Below, piece after piece: positions 39,553-49,929 of a stretch of DNA of 64,000 bases. Position numbers and translations under genes: made by a program. Numbering within the stretch: position 1 is the first letter of the stretch; every line of letters begins with the position of its first letter. Origin of the DNA: Macrostomum hystrix (lineage: Eukaryota; Animalia; Platyhelminthes); the NCBI GenBank assembly GCA_950097015.1, contig CATNEN010000001.1, forward strand, positions 26,846,001 to 26,910,000. The letters run 5' to 3'. The notes below the pieces were generated by a model, which had not been told where the DNA came from, made no database searches, and saw nothing but the letters and a program-made list of their open reading frames with translations.

Positions 39553-39710
39553 GGTCGGGTGTTCGATTTCTGACTTCTAGCGATACACTTGACTCTGCAT
39601 TTCATCAGCTCACCCCAGCTATTAAATATCAGTACCAGCATTTGCTATGGGGTAATTGAGGGTGGTGTGGCGTCCCCCAAGTCCATGGACTGAACAGCCG
39701 TACGCAGCTT
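39553..39710 (+). mobile_element. Truncated copy of the tRNA-derived SINE (duplicated at 49720-49878)
   Basis: gttcgatttc B-box remnant; gtccatggactgaacagccgta shared with 13286-13307. Confidence 0.65.
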
Positions 39711-39762
39711 TCATAACAGTTAACATCCTCCCAGTGAAGCCGGTTCATCAAGTTACCCAGCT

Positions 39763-40541
39763 TCAAGGCTTCATCCAGACAAACTGAGCTTCGCTGGCAA
39801 TCTCTGCTGGCACAGCGTAGAACCTGAGCAGTCGACAAAGCCGGAGCGATGGCACGAAGGCGCAGGCTAGGCAGTCGTGGCTGCGATGGCATGCAGCCGC
39901 GCATTGGATTGAGCTGCTTGCCACAGCGTTTCTGTGGCTGACGGAGCTGCTTGAGGATGACATTCTCGGCATGGAGGCTGCGGACTGCTTTGTCAAGCTC
40001 GAGCCGTCTGTAAAAGATATTTTCCTCGCTGTGAATTGAGCTCCTTTTATCGGAAAGCTATTTCCTATACAATAGGTTTAGTAAAGTTAGAGGAGCACAC
40101 ACATTTCTAGTGTAGAGAAGTCTCAAATATAAAAAAAATCGGCCTTCAAAGATTTAGTCACAGATCACAGCACTCACTGGCTCCATACAGTAGTTCATAG
40201 ATGGAGTTTCTCCACTGGCCGCCGCACAGTTGTGTCGCATTACCTGCGCAGGCCAGGTAGCAGGTGCCAGGGCCCGCTGCTCCAAGGGAGCCATAGGCCG
40301 AGCCGCAGCAGCAGTAGAACCCCGCCTGGACGCCAAAGTATTGAAACCGGCCGTTGGAGCAAATATGGCTGCACATTTCTAGGGTCATTGCGGCACGGTT
40401 CGTCACGAATGGTATTTCCGGATCCGTTGAGTAGTGCCCCAGAGCGGTCACTCCTCGCAGTCCAAGTAGATCTCTGCTGGCACTATCAACGTAGCAGCCA
40501 ATATAGCGATATCTAAGGGGCTGCTGAGGATCATAAGCCAT
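39763..40541 (-). CDS. WSC-domain + PAN/apple-like protein (gene 2, copy A), 2 exons, ~202 aa; N-terminus uncertain
   Basis: YIGCYVD...MTLEMCSHIC...YFGVQAGFYCCC...CYLACAGNATQLCGG; exons 40541-40178 and 40007-39763 (phase 1); exon 2 has CAAAC...CLACAF...CRL. Confidence 0.8.
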
Positions 40542-40767
40542 GCTTCTACCGATGCATAACTAGAGCTCACATTCGATGTATGTTCCAATTAATTCCACCA
40601 GTATAAGGACCGTGTTGACACTTGAGAGTAGAGGCGAAATCAAACAGTGTAAAAATTACATTGGGCGTATAGACCTTTCGTAATTGTAGTAGGGAAGCGA
40701 CGAGGATAAACCATCAAGGACTACTATAGTAGTGATATACGTTTATAAGTAACTTTAGTAGTCTTTG

Positions 40768-40955
40768 TCCCCAGACTGATCAGCCAGTCTCCCAGATCCC
40801 CAGACTGATCATGCAGCCAGTCTCCCGGATCCCCAGACTGATCAGCCAGTCTCCCAGATCCCCATACTGATCAGCCAGTCTCCCAGATCCCCAGACTGAT
40901 CAGCCAGTCTCCCAGATCCCCAGACTGATCAGCCAGTTTCCAAGATCCCCAGACC
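40768..40955. repeat. 29-bp minisatellite, ~6 copies (single unit at 50935-50971 in copy B)
   Basis: ccagactgatcagccagtctcccagatcc. Confidence 0.9.
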
Positions 40956-41226
40956 TATAGAAGCACCAAAGCACCGAAGATCTAAAAGCTTGACCTAGAA
41001 CGGGTACGCGTATTTGCTGCGATATTTTTACATAGCATTTATTGAATTGACTAATAGAAGACGAAAAACTTGTTCCAAAATTTCATCTTAGAATTATCAT
41101 AGGGATCTTGGTCCACTTTTATTAACCCAAGTTTAGTCTCATTACAATGAAGCACTGATTTGTTCGTAACGAAACTTCTCAGTTCACACACTGATCACGC
41201 CCTGGACCGTTGCAGCCTTCATCGCA

Positions 41227-42969
41227 TTAGCCGATTAGCTGTGGCACAGGCAGTTCACAATTCCCATTTACTTCAATCCTGCCCGACTCCGCACAGGTGG
41301 CATAGCAGCGGCCGTTCACTTTGAAGGTCCGACACGCCACGCACATGTCTGGACCGGGTCCCCAGCATTCGTCCTGGCACTGAGCATCGCAGGCAGCGTT
41401 CCGGCAAATCTCGCTGCTGTCATCAAAGCTCAGGTTTTCTATTGTAATTTGAAATTCTTTGGTGACTTCCTGGATTTCTCGGATTCGATTGCTTGGATAC
41501 CAGGCTCTGCAAAGATCACTAATATCCCTAAGCACAAGGTAACGAGTATATTCCAAGCTAGCTAGTCCGAGGTATCTCGTCTTGAGATAATATATCACAA
41601 AGGAATCAGTGACGTATTTGATATTACGTAGGAATCGGAGATTGTCTAGTAAGTATGCAGATGTCTCAATTATTAGACTTCCGTAAAAGTACTCTAAATT
41701 CTCCAATACTCTAAGGTTTTCTAAGCTTCTTAAATCACTAGCATCCGCGACTAGATAAGAATTGGCCCTCCAAATCGAACACTGCTCAGTCCTCAATGAG
41801 TATGCTAAATTGACTGACATTTTTAAGGACACATTGCATGATTTGCAGGGCTTAGAACTAATTTTGTCAATACACTTTGTGCAAACCCCTTTGATGAGGA
41901 CTTCTGCTGACGGACACTCGATTAAACAGCGCCTGCCGTCAGAGCTAACAACAAAGGGCAGTGAGCACTTCTCTACGCAGATGTTGCCGATCTGTCGCCA
42001 AACAGTCACGCCAGTGCCATTACCACTAGCGGTACTAGTATTCGACGGACAGGATTCTCTACAGACACCATTGAACAATACTCCTCTCCGACAGGCGAAG
42101 CACTCGTTGGGCCGGTTTGAGCATCCGCCAAGGCAGTCGTCGTGGCAGCAGTCTTCTTGGCCAGTGTTCGGGTTATGGAAGCATAGGTTCGTAAATTTAC
42201 ACTTGCGCTTACGACACAGATGATTACTTTGGCAGCCATCAACACCGTCGGACCAGCAAGTTTGGTTATAAATTGGAGTTTGAGTACAATTAGCGTGACA
42301 GGAAAGCTCACGATTGCAAGTACGCCTAATCCTACCAAAGTTCCATTTACTTTTAATTAATTGTCTGCCTTCTTTAGTAATAATATAATCCACTTCATGA
42401 TCCAAATAGCGCTGGTATGGTTCTTGAAACAGGCTTTTCCAGTTGATGCTGTAGGACAGGTAGCAGTACAAGGTAGACATCATTGGCCCACCAGTATAAA
42501 CATTACTCTTTGTGATAGCTGTCAACTTAGGCATTTCCAGCTTGCTCATGTTCGGCGACATCCATATTAAAAATGAGTCGTGTTTAAATCTATTAAAAGG
42601 ATAACCTCGGATGGTGCGCAAGTTGCGGAAGGTGACGCGCTCAAGGCTGATGTACTTGATCACCAGTGATCCTCTGATCTCCACAATGGAGTCAAGAAAG
42701 TCTGTTTGCATGCCTCGAATTGCATCGTCCAGCGGCTTGTACGTTGATGGGTTCATACCTATATTGCCCAACTCCAAGTTGCCGAAAACATACTGGCAGC
42801 CAGCTACATAAGCCGTCAACTCCGCCTGCAAGCGACTAACATTTCTGTGGGTCTCATAGCCCTTGCTGGTTATACGTAAGGATCTGCAGATCCGGGTGCC
42901 AGAAGCCACATCGTCGTGTAACAACGGAAGCAAAAGAAGCAACCGAAAAACAAGCTGCAGGAAATTCAT
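41227..42969 (-). CDS. Intronless secreted receptor-L-domain/furin-like protein (EGFR ectodomain architecture L-CR-L-CR, no TM or kinase), 580 aa
   Basis: Signal peptide; L1 GCQYVFGNLEL...FLDSIVEIRGSLVI...FRNLRTIRG; furin-like CCHDDCLGGC...CFACR...GVCRESCP; L2 LENLEYFYGSLII...LRFLRNIKYV...LGLASLE; domain-IV-like CDAQCQDECWGPGPDMCVACR; stop follows with no hydrophobic segment. Confidence 0.9.
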   Translation of the reverse strand: MNFLQLVFRLLLLLPLLHDDVASGTRICRSLRITSKGYETHRNVSRLQAELTAYVAGCQYVFGNLELGNIGMNPSTYKPLDDAIRGMQTDFLDSIVEIRGSLVIKYISLERVTFRNLRTIRGYPFNRFKHDSFLIWMSPNMSKLEMPKLTAITKSNVYTGGPMMSTLYCYLSYSINWKSLFQEPYQRYLDHEVDYIITKEGRQLIKSKWNFGRIRRTCNRELSCHANCTQTPIYNQTCWSDGVDGCQSNHLCRKRKCKFTNLCFHNPNTGQEDCCHDDCLGGCSNRPNECFACRRGVLFNGVCRESCPSNTSTASGNGTGVTVWRQIGNICVEKCSLPFVVSSDGRRCLIECPSAEVLIKGVCTKCIDKISSKPCKSCNVSLKMSVNLAYSLRTEQCSIWRANSYLVADASDLRSLENLRVLENLEYFYGSLIIETSAYLLDNLRFLRNIKYVTDSFVIYYLKTRYLGLASLEYTRYLVLRDISDLCRAWYPSNRIREIQEVTKEFQITIENLSFDDSSEICRNAACDAQCQDECWGPGPDMCVACRTFKVNGRCYATCAESGRIEVNGNCELPVPQLIG

Positions 42970-43035
42970 TTTCTTAAATCACCTCTGCAGTGCTTTCTTT
43001 CTATTTTGATTCCCAGCTCTGAAGCTTTTCACTTC

Positions 43036-43043
43036 TTTAAATA
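43036..43043 (-). promoter_or_regulatory. TATA-like element upstream of the L-domain gene A
   Basis: TATTTAAA about 65 bp upstream of the ATG; also present in copy B. Confidence 0.35.
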
Positions 43044-43414
43044 CCAATTGAATTAAATGCGACTCGTCGAAACAAAATTCTTTCGCAGGCAATTTTTTCA
43101 ACAAAAAATAACACCACTTTCCATATTTTGCCCGTTTCTCTGACTCTGCAGAAAAACTTACTTAAAGCATATTTGTGTCGCTTGCTTTTCAAAAAAGGAT
43201 ATATGAAAATCAATCAATAATCACAAGTCATATGACTTCAGCTTGCTTTTTTGGCTCTCAAATTCCAGGAGTTAACTGTGCTCAACTCGCAATGTAAGAA
43301 GCGACGAAAGACTAAATTAAAGTCAGACATTTTGTTTTAAAAATCAAGAAAATGAAATCCAATGGTTCTATTTATAGCTAAGATAAATAGAAGCTAAGAT
43401 AAGAGATAATATAT

Positions 43415-43806
43415 ATGGATCGTCGGTAACGCGCGCATCCTGGACGCCTTGATCGCTCGGGGACAACTCGACCTCGACGGTGTACCTGCAGCACAACGTA
43501 CGAATTGACGAGCTGGTCGAGGCAGGCTATGGCACCACGAGAATCATGCGATTCGACGACGCATTCAGAAGAGAGCAGCATGCCGGCATGCAGGACTGGG
43601 CACGACCGAGTTTCTTGCTAGTGACAAGGCACCTCATCGCTCCACAGCAGACCCAGCAACATGCCCGCATACGCCCGGAAAAGAATATTCCGGTAGTCCA
43701 GGGAGCACCTGTCTGTCTCAAGTTCAGTACCTGCGCTCAGATCGCGGCGAGGCGACACACTCGGCAAAAAACGAAATGCGGAGCCGCCAGTCATGGCTCT
43801 GGCTAT
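43415..43806 (+). mobile_element. Fragment of the DIRS/Ngaro-like relic (copy A; empty site for the LINE inserted in copy B)
   Basis: Near-identical to 53443-53740 plus 55253-55356, which is collinear with a DIRS/Ngaro-type RT fragment. Confidence 0.55.
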
Positions 43807-44357
43807 ATTGTTTTGAAGCATTCGAACTGGAGTCGTGCCGCTAGGAACTGAAATAACGCGGATCTTGACCATTAACAGTTCTCTTGAAATTATATATATT
43901 TTTACAAGGTCAGATTCCACTCGTTCGACGCAAAGAACTGAAATTTATAAAAAAGCGCTGAAAAGCAAACATCATGGATACTATAAAATTTCACTGACTG
44001 AGCCAGAGACTATTAACGTAATCCGTGCAAATTTTACTGGAGCAGCAACATGATGCAGCCCCATTCGCCAGTTCTAAACGGGTCCGAATCAAATGAGGAT
44101 CAGCTTGACGACATGAATCAAAAAATTGTTTCTGAACGAAAACACTATTGAAGAGGGTTGCACACATCATTTTAATTGTCATTATTACTCACAGACAGGA
44201 AAATTTTTAAAGGATGCCTTTGACTTTCCCACAATTGGCACCATTTTTCTACGATTGTTCTACTTTCATACTCTGGTCTGAGCTTACCTTATCTTATGAC
44301 GGATAGCTCGCACTCAAATTAATGAAAGCTTCAGACAGCAAAATAAAATTAGTTACA

Positions 44358-44990
44358 TGTAAGAGGAGGTTGTCAGAAAAGTTATTTGCATTTAATTATG
44401 ACTCACTATATGACCTCGTCCTCCGAGCTGAAACGCTGGCCACGCATGGTTTCCTTGATGCGAGGGAAAAGAAAGAAGTCGCACGGACTCAGATAATCGC
44501 AAGGCAACAATCCAGGAATTTCATGCCCTCTCGTCGGTTGGATGTGCACATGGCGACCCGCCGACCTCGCTGATCGTCGGTAAGGAGATGTGGGACCCAC
44601 TTGGCACAAATCTTGCGCATGTCGAGGTCCTCAACCAAGATCTTGTGAATTGAGTCGTGGGACACCCCAATGACGTCAGACAGCTGCCGTGTGGTCAGCC
44701 GCCGGTCCAGCACCACAGCTGCCTCCACCTGACTCACCAGGTTATCGGTCCGAGCACTTTTTGGCCTTCCAACGCGTGGCTCGTCTTCCAGGTCTTCCTT
44801 GCAGTTTTGAATGGCCATACACAACCCAGCGGCCAATTGTCTCATCCGATAGGCTTGAGTCTCCCAGGGTCTCGTTCGTTTCTTCAAAAATTTTGGTTGG
44901 CGAATGCCCCCTCGAAAAATTGGGGAGAAATAGGACAAGATACGGAAGAAATACGAGGCGATAAAAGTAAACGAAAAAGAATTTCAAGTA
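44358..44990 (-). mobile_element. Defective mariner transposon (frameshifted, most of the catalytic domain deleted)
   Basis: DLEDEPRVGRP...DRRLTTRQLS...KICAKWVPHLLT and LSPCDFFLFPRIKETMRGQRFSSEDEV in different frames; TIR-like gaggttgtcagaaaagtt near 44365. Confidence 0.9.
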
Positions 44991-45349
44991 AGCCTCACGG
45001 TCAATTTACACCCAAGGTTCACACAATGCTCCCATGAATGCAACCTCTTTTGAGCAGGTTTGGCAGGAGGGTGCCCTTGGCCTCCCGGTGCAGGAATCCC
45101 TCCACGCTGTCCCGTCAGCTGACCCATAGGTAAACGTCCCGCGAGTGTTCAAGGCTGACGGACAGAATGGGCTACAGCGCTGAACGACCCATCCAGGGCC
45201 TTGTGCCAAACTGGGTGCGGGGCAGTGTCTTATGTGTGTAGCATGCTAGATATCTCTGGCTACGGCTCTGCGGGAAAAGTGTCACCCTTTGACCTCAACA
45301 GAGTGACACGTTGCTGCGATGCCTGGCACTGCATTCTTATTGCCCTCTA

Positions 45350-45603
45350 GGCCCAAGGTCATACCGCGCCGCGGGGCGTTTGGCCGGGGAGTAGTCCGGT
45401 CGCTAGCGATTCTTTTTTTGCTGTAACTGGCTGGTCTCGCGTGTTCGGCCAGTCAGGTTTTTTACCTCGCTCATGAATAGACCCCGCACCTGCTTTCAGC
45501 TATGGCCTCTGAGCGGGTCTTCAGGGATTAGCAATATGGACGACTCCCGCCTCCCAGCTGCGTCTTTGGACCGCCCTGCAGCTAAGTCAAAGTAAGTCAA
45601 GTC
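45350..45603 (+). mobile_element. Non-coding retroposon (SINE or LINE 3' UTR remnant) sharing its 3' ~80 nt and taagtcaag tail with the LINE at 53741-55252; 5' boundary uncertain
   Basis: 45522-45603 aligns with the reverse complement of 53741-53825. Confidence 0.65.
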
Positions 45604-47320
45604 AGGGTTTGGCGGAAGCCACACGTTTTCTGCAGTCGAAAGAGCAGTCAATCTGGGTATCGGGCGCTTTGGCTCGATTTGGCACTCCCCTGGAAAGATT
45701 CCCCTTTCCCCTTTCCCCTTTCCCCTTCCCCAGTGTTTCCCCTGGAAACACTGAAGAGTTTGATGCAGACAATATGAGCTCCTTCGCAGCAACGGCCGGC
45801 AATGGGGAACATTGTACGCCGTGCTTCATCCTAGCCGTGGGCCCGCACGCTAGCGATGCTGCATGTTGCTCGAGCTTTTCAAAGACTCAGCCAGCCGGAT
45901 TGACAGCGTCCAACCTGTCAATTTGTTGTGCTGTTTGGTGAAATTTCATATTGCTATGAGCACAACTCCGAAACCAGCTGATGAGGTTTGCTGCCCTACC
46001 GATCAATTTTGTCAGCACATCCGAGAGGCAGGCGGCTGGCCGAATGAACTTGTTAAAAGTCGATGCTGCAGTGGATATTGGCCCGACTTAGTTGGCTACA
46101 CTGACTGCCTCTCTTCATCCCTTCCAGGTTGCCGCCATTAATCAAGAATGTCTTTGTTGTATCTGATGCCCTGCAGATGTAATGCCAGCTATAATTCAAT
46201 CTACTTTGAAAGCTTTTTAACAGGCTACTTATGTTTATCTGAGAGTCAGTCAGTCAAGGCCCATCTGACGGATATAAATAAAGTGCAATTTCGAAGTATA
46301 GAGTGATCTCTATAATAATTACATTTATTTTTACTCTTGTTTTAAAATGAGTTCTTGAATGCCTAAATTTTGCGTCTTGCTTGCTTACTAACAGTAGTAT
46401 TGAGTGTGAGAGTTTGAGCTTGAGCTCTTGTTCAGATCAAATCAGATGTATCCGACTTTTTAACGACTAAAGCATATTGTCTGTCCAGAAAAAGGAACAA
46501 GATAAGGAGAGGCAGACACAAAGAGCATTGAAGTACATAATTCAAGTTGCTCTGCTGATCTGTAGCCTTCTGTCTAGATCAATGTGTAAAGTAGCTCCTG
46601 CAAGTACGAGTACATAGTCGGTGTTTTCACTTGGTTGCTAAAAACTTTCCCTTGCATGCGGGGTTGAAAACATGACCACTAAAATGACAAAGATACGGAA
46701 AGCTTGGAAAACAATGTTTTTTATTGGTAAAAATCGGAATAAAATATTGTAGAGAGATTTTTTACTCATTTTAAGCTTAAAAGTTCCAAGAGACGTAGAA
46801 AACGTCTTTACAATTGGATTTCCTCCCTTTGTCTCACGACTCAGCATACCAAAGCCATTTTCTACCCATAGCAATGGAATAACGTTTTTACTCAGAACTG
46901 CTAATTTCAGCAGGGATCTGGAAGTTTAACATGCTAGCTTTTCAGAAAAAATTTTTTTTTCCGAATTTCTATGAGTTGCTTTTTTCTGGGCTTTCACTAC
47001 GCTTGCTGCCGAACCCAGGCACTGTTTTACTCACAATTGTTTGCCGAAAACAGCAAAAAATATGTTTTTTTCTATGGGATCATTATGCGTAAATTTGCTA
47101 GGTTTTTCAAACATTAACTGTAAAACTTCGATTCTACAAAAAAGTATCAGGCAGTTTAAAGACTTCATTTACCACTCATCCACTCAGAGGATCTCATTGT
47201 TTGATGACAACTACTGCATAGCTTTTAAATCTCTGCTTTTTTAAGAAATATCTAAGTAGACGCTAATAGATAGAATAATGCAATTTAACCCATAAGGTAT
47301 GTACGTGTTCAACAATAATC

Positions 47321-48853
47321 CTAGCCACGCAGGTAGTAGTCTCAGCCACGCAGGTAGCAGTCTCAGCCACACAGGTAGTAGTCTCAGCCACACAGGTAGT
47401 AGTCTCAGCCACACAGGTTGTAGTCTCAGCCACACAGGTAGTAGTCTCAGCCACACAGGTTGTAGTCTCAGCCAGACAGGTAGCAGGCTCAGCCACGCAG
47501 GTAGTAGTCTCAGCCACACAGGTTGTAGTCTCAGCCAGACAGGTAGCAGGCTCAGCCACGCAGGTAGTAGTCTCAGCCACGCGGGTAGCAGTCTCAGCCA
47601 CACAGGTAGTAGTCTCAGCCACACAGGTAGTAAACTCAGCCACACAGGTAGTAAACTCAGCCACACAGGTAGTAGTCTCAGCCACGCGGGTAGCAGTCTC
47701 AGCCACACAGGTAGTAGTCTCAGCCACGCGGGTAGCAGTCTCAGCCACACAGGTAGTAGTCTCAGCCACACAGGTAGTAAACTCAGCCACACAGGTAGTA
47801 AACTCAGCCACACAGGTAGTAGTCTCAGCCACGCGGGTAGCAGTCTCAGCCACACAGGTAGTAGTCTCAGCCACGCGGGTAGCAGTCTCAGCCACACAGG
47901 TAGTAGTCTCAGCCACACAGGTAGTAAACTCAGCCACACAGGTAGTAAACTCAGCCACACAGGTAGTAGTCTCAGCCACGCGGGTAGCAGTCTCAGCCAC
48001 ACAGGTAGTAGTCTCAGCCACACAGGTAGTAAACTCAGCCACACAGGTAGTAAACTCAGCCACACAGGTAGTAGTCTCAGCCACGCGGGTAGCAGTCTCA
48101 GCCACACAGGTAGTAGTCTCAGCCACACAGGTAGTAAACTCAGCCACACAGGTAGTAAACTCAGCCACACAGGTAGTAGTCTCAGCCACACAGGTAGTAG
48201 TCTCAGCCACGCGGGTAGCAGTCTCAGCCACACAGGTAGTAGTCTCAGCCACACAGGTAGTAGTCTCAGCCACACAGGTTGTAGTCTCAGCCACACAGGT
48301 AGTAGTCTCAGCCACACAGGTTGTAGTCTCAGCCACGCAGGTAGTAGTCTCAGCCACACAGGTAGTAGTCTCAGCCACACAGGTAGTAGTCTCAGCCACA
48401 CAGGTAGTAGTCTCAGCCACACAGGTAGTAGTCTCAGCCACACAGGTAGTAGTCTCAGCCACACAGGTAGTAGTCTCAGCCACACAGGTTGTAGTCTCAG
48501 CCACGCAGGTAGTAGTCTCAGCCACACAGGTAGTAGTCTCAGCCACACAGGTAGTAAACTCAGCCACACAGGTAGTAAACTCAGCCACACAGGTAGTAAA
48601 CTCAGCCACACAGGTAGTAGTCTCAGCCACACAGGTAGTAGTCTCAGCCACACAGGTAGTAGTCTCAGCCACACAGGTAGTAGTCTCAGCCACACAGGTA
48701 GCAGGCTCAGCCACGCAGGTAGTAGTCTCAGCCACGCAGGTAGTAGTCTCAGCCACACAGGTATTAGTCTCAGCCACGCGGGTAGCAGTCTCAGCCACAC
48801 AGGTAGTAGTCTCAGCCACACAGGTAGTAGTCTCAGCCACGCAGGTAGTAGTC
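47321..48853. repeat. 21-bp stop-codon minisatellite expanded to ~73 copies
   Basis: gtagtagtctcagccacacag units; ~8 copies at the paralogous site. Confidence 0.97.
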
Positions 48854-49551
48854 TCCAACAATGCCGCTAAGGCTGGCAGGTGGGTAGGCGAACTTGAGCA
48901 GGTGGCACAGCTGCTGCTGCTCAGAGAAGATCACAGCCTGGCAGTCATCAAACTTCGCCTCACAGCGAATCAGGCAGTCCAGATGACTGTTTGCATCAGC
49001 AGTCCAGGAAGTAGTCTGCGATGCCGCGACAGTCAGATTGGCCAGCTGGGACTGCTTGAAGCACTTCTGCTCTGAAAGTAGTCAGGCTGCAATGTTCAGG
49101 CAAAGGCAGGCAGGTACTGATAGATGAGCTCAAGTGAGAATGGTGGCTCACTCGGATAGACCAGGGCGAACACCGAGTTTCTCCAAGGCCCGCCACACAT
49201 CTGAGCTGGGTCTCCGCTGCAGGTTGAGCTGCAGTCGCTCTCATTGCCAGCCCCCTGAGATCCGTAGGCATTGCTGCAGAAGCACTGCTTGCCAATCTGA
49301 ACTCCAAAGTAGGGGAAGCCGCCCAGAGAGCAGATGCTGCCGCAGAACGCATGCGACATGAAGCTGCCATCGGAAATGTAGGAATTGTATGGACTGAACT
49401 CTCCCAGCTGGCTGATTCCAGTTAGCCCTCCCAGATCCCTGCTTCAGCTGTCAATGTAGCAGCCGAGGTAGGAGAACTGGAGCGCTCTGCCAGCAACGCA
49501 GGTGAGCAGAGCCAGGCTGAAGAACTCAATTAGCTTCAGAGAAGGAAGCAT
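48833..49551 (-). pseudogene. WSC+PAN gene 1, copy B, nonsense mutation
   Basis: TGG (Trp) of copy A is TGA at 49446-49444. Confidence 0.8.
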
Positions 49552-49929
49552 TTTGCGAGTTTTAGCCAGCGGTTTGAAGAATTCAGCGCACTAGAAGCAG
49601 CCAGTTATTTATACTGTCTAGTTTTTGCTCCGTATATTTACGCTCTATATAGACACACAGCATGCTACTGTGAGTAGAAAGAATGTAGAAGAGTCAGGGC
49701 ACATGTGTCATTGACTGAAGGTCGGGTGTTCGATTTCTGACTTCTAGCGATACACTTGACTCTGCATTTCATCAGCTCACCCCAGCTATTAAATATCAGT
49801 ACCAGCATTTGCTATGGGGTAATTGAGGGTGGTGTGGCGTCCCCCAAGTCCATGGACTGAACAGCCGTACGCAGCTTTCATAACAGTTAACATCCTCCCA
49901 GTGAAGCCGGTTCATCAAGTTACCCAGCT

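Larger units (their letters stand above)
38334..43806. repeat. Segmental duplication, copy A
   Basis: Near-identical to 47137-53740 plus 55253-55356. Confidence 0.92.

Noticed and set aside
41227-42969. Calling this gene EGFR or insulin receptor
   Set aside because: No transmembrane, fibronectin-III or kinase sequence in the window, so no symbol was assigned
45690-45735. (cccttt(c))n run, possibly a telomere-like seed or retroposon tail
   Set aside because: Short, not TTAGGG, and no TSD or element body identifiable
47241-48870. Three >500-aa ORFs (WLRLLPV, AETTTCV, SLSHTGS repeats)
   Set aside because: Translation artefacts of a 21-bp array lying downstream of the real stop codon
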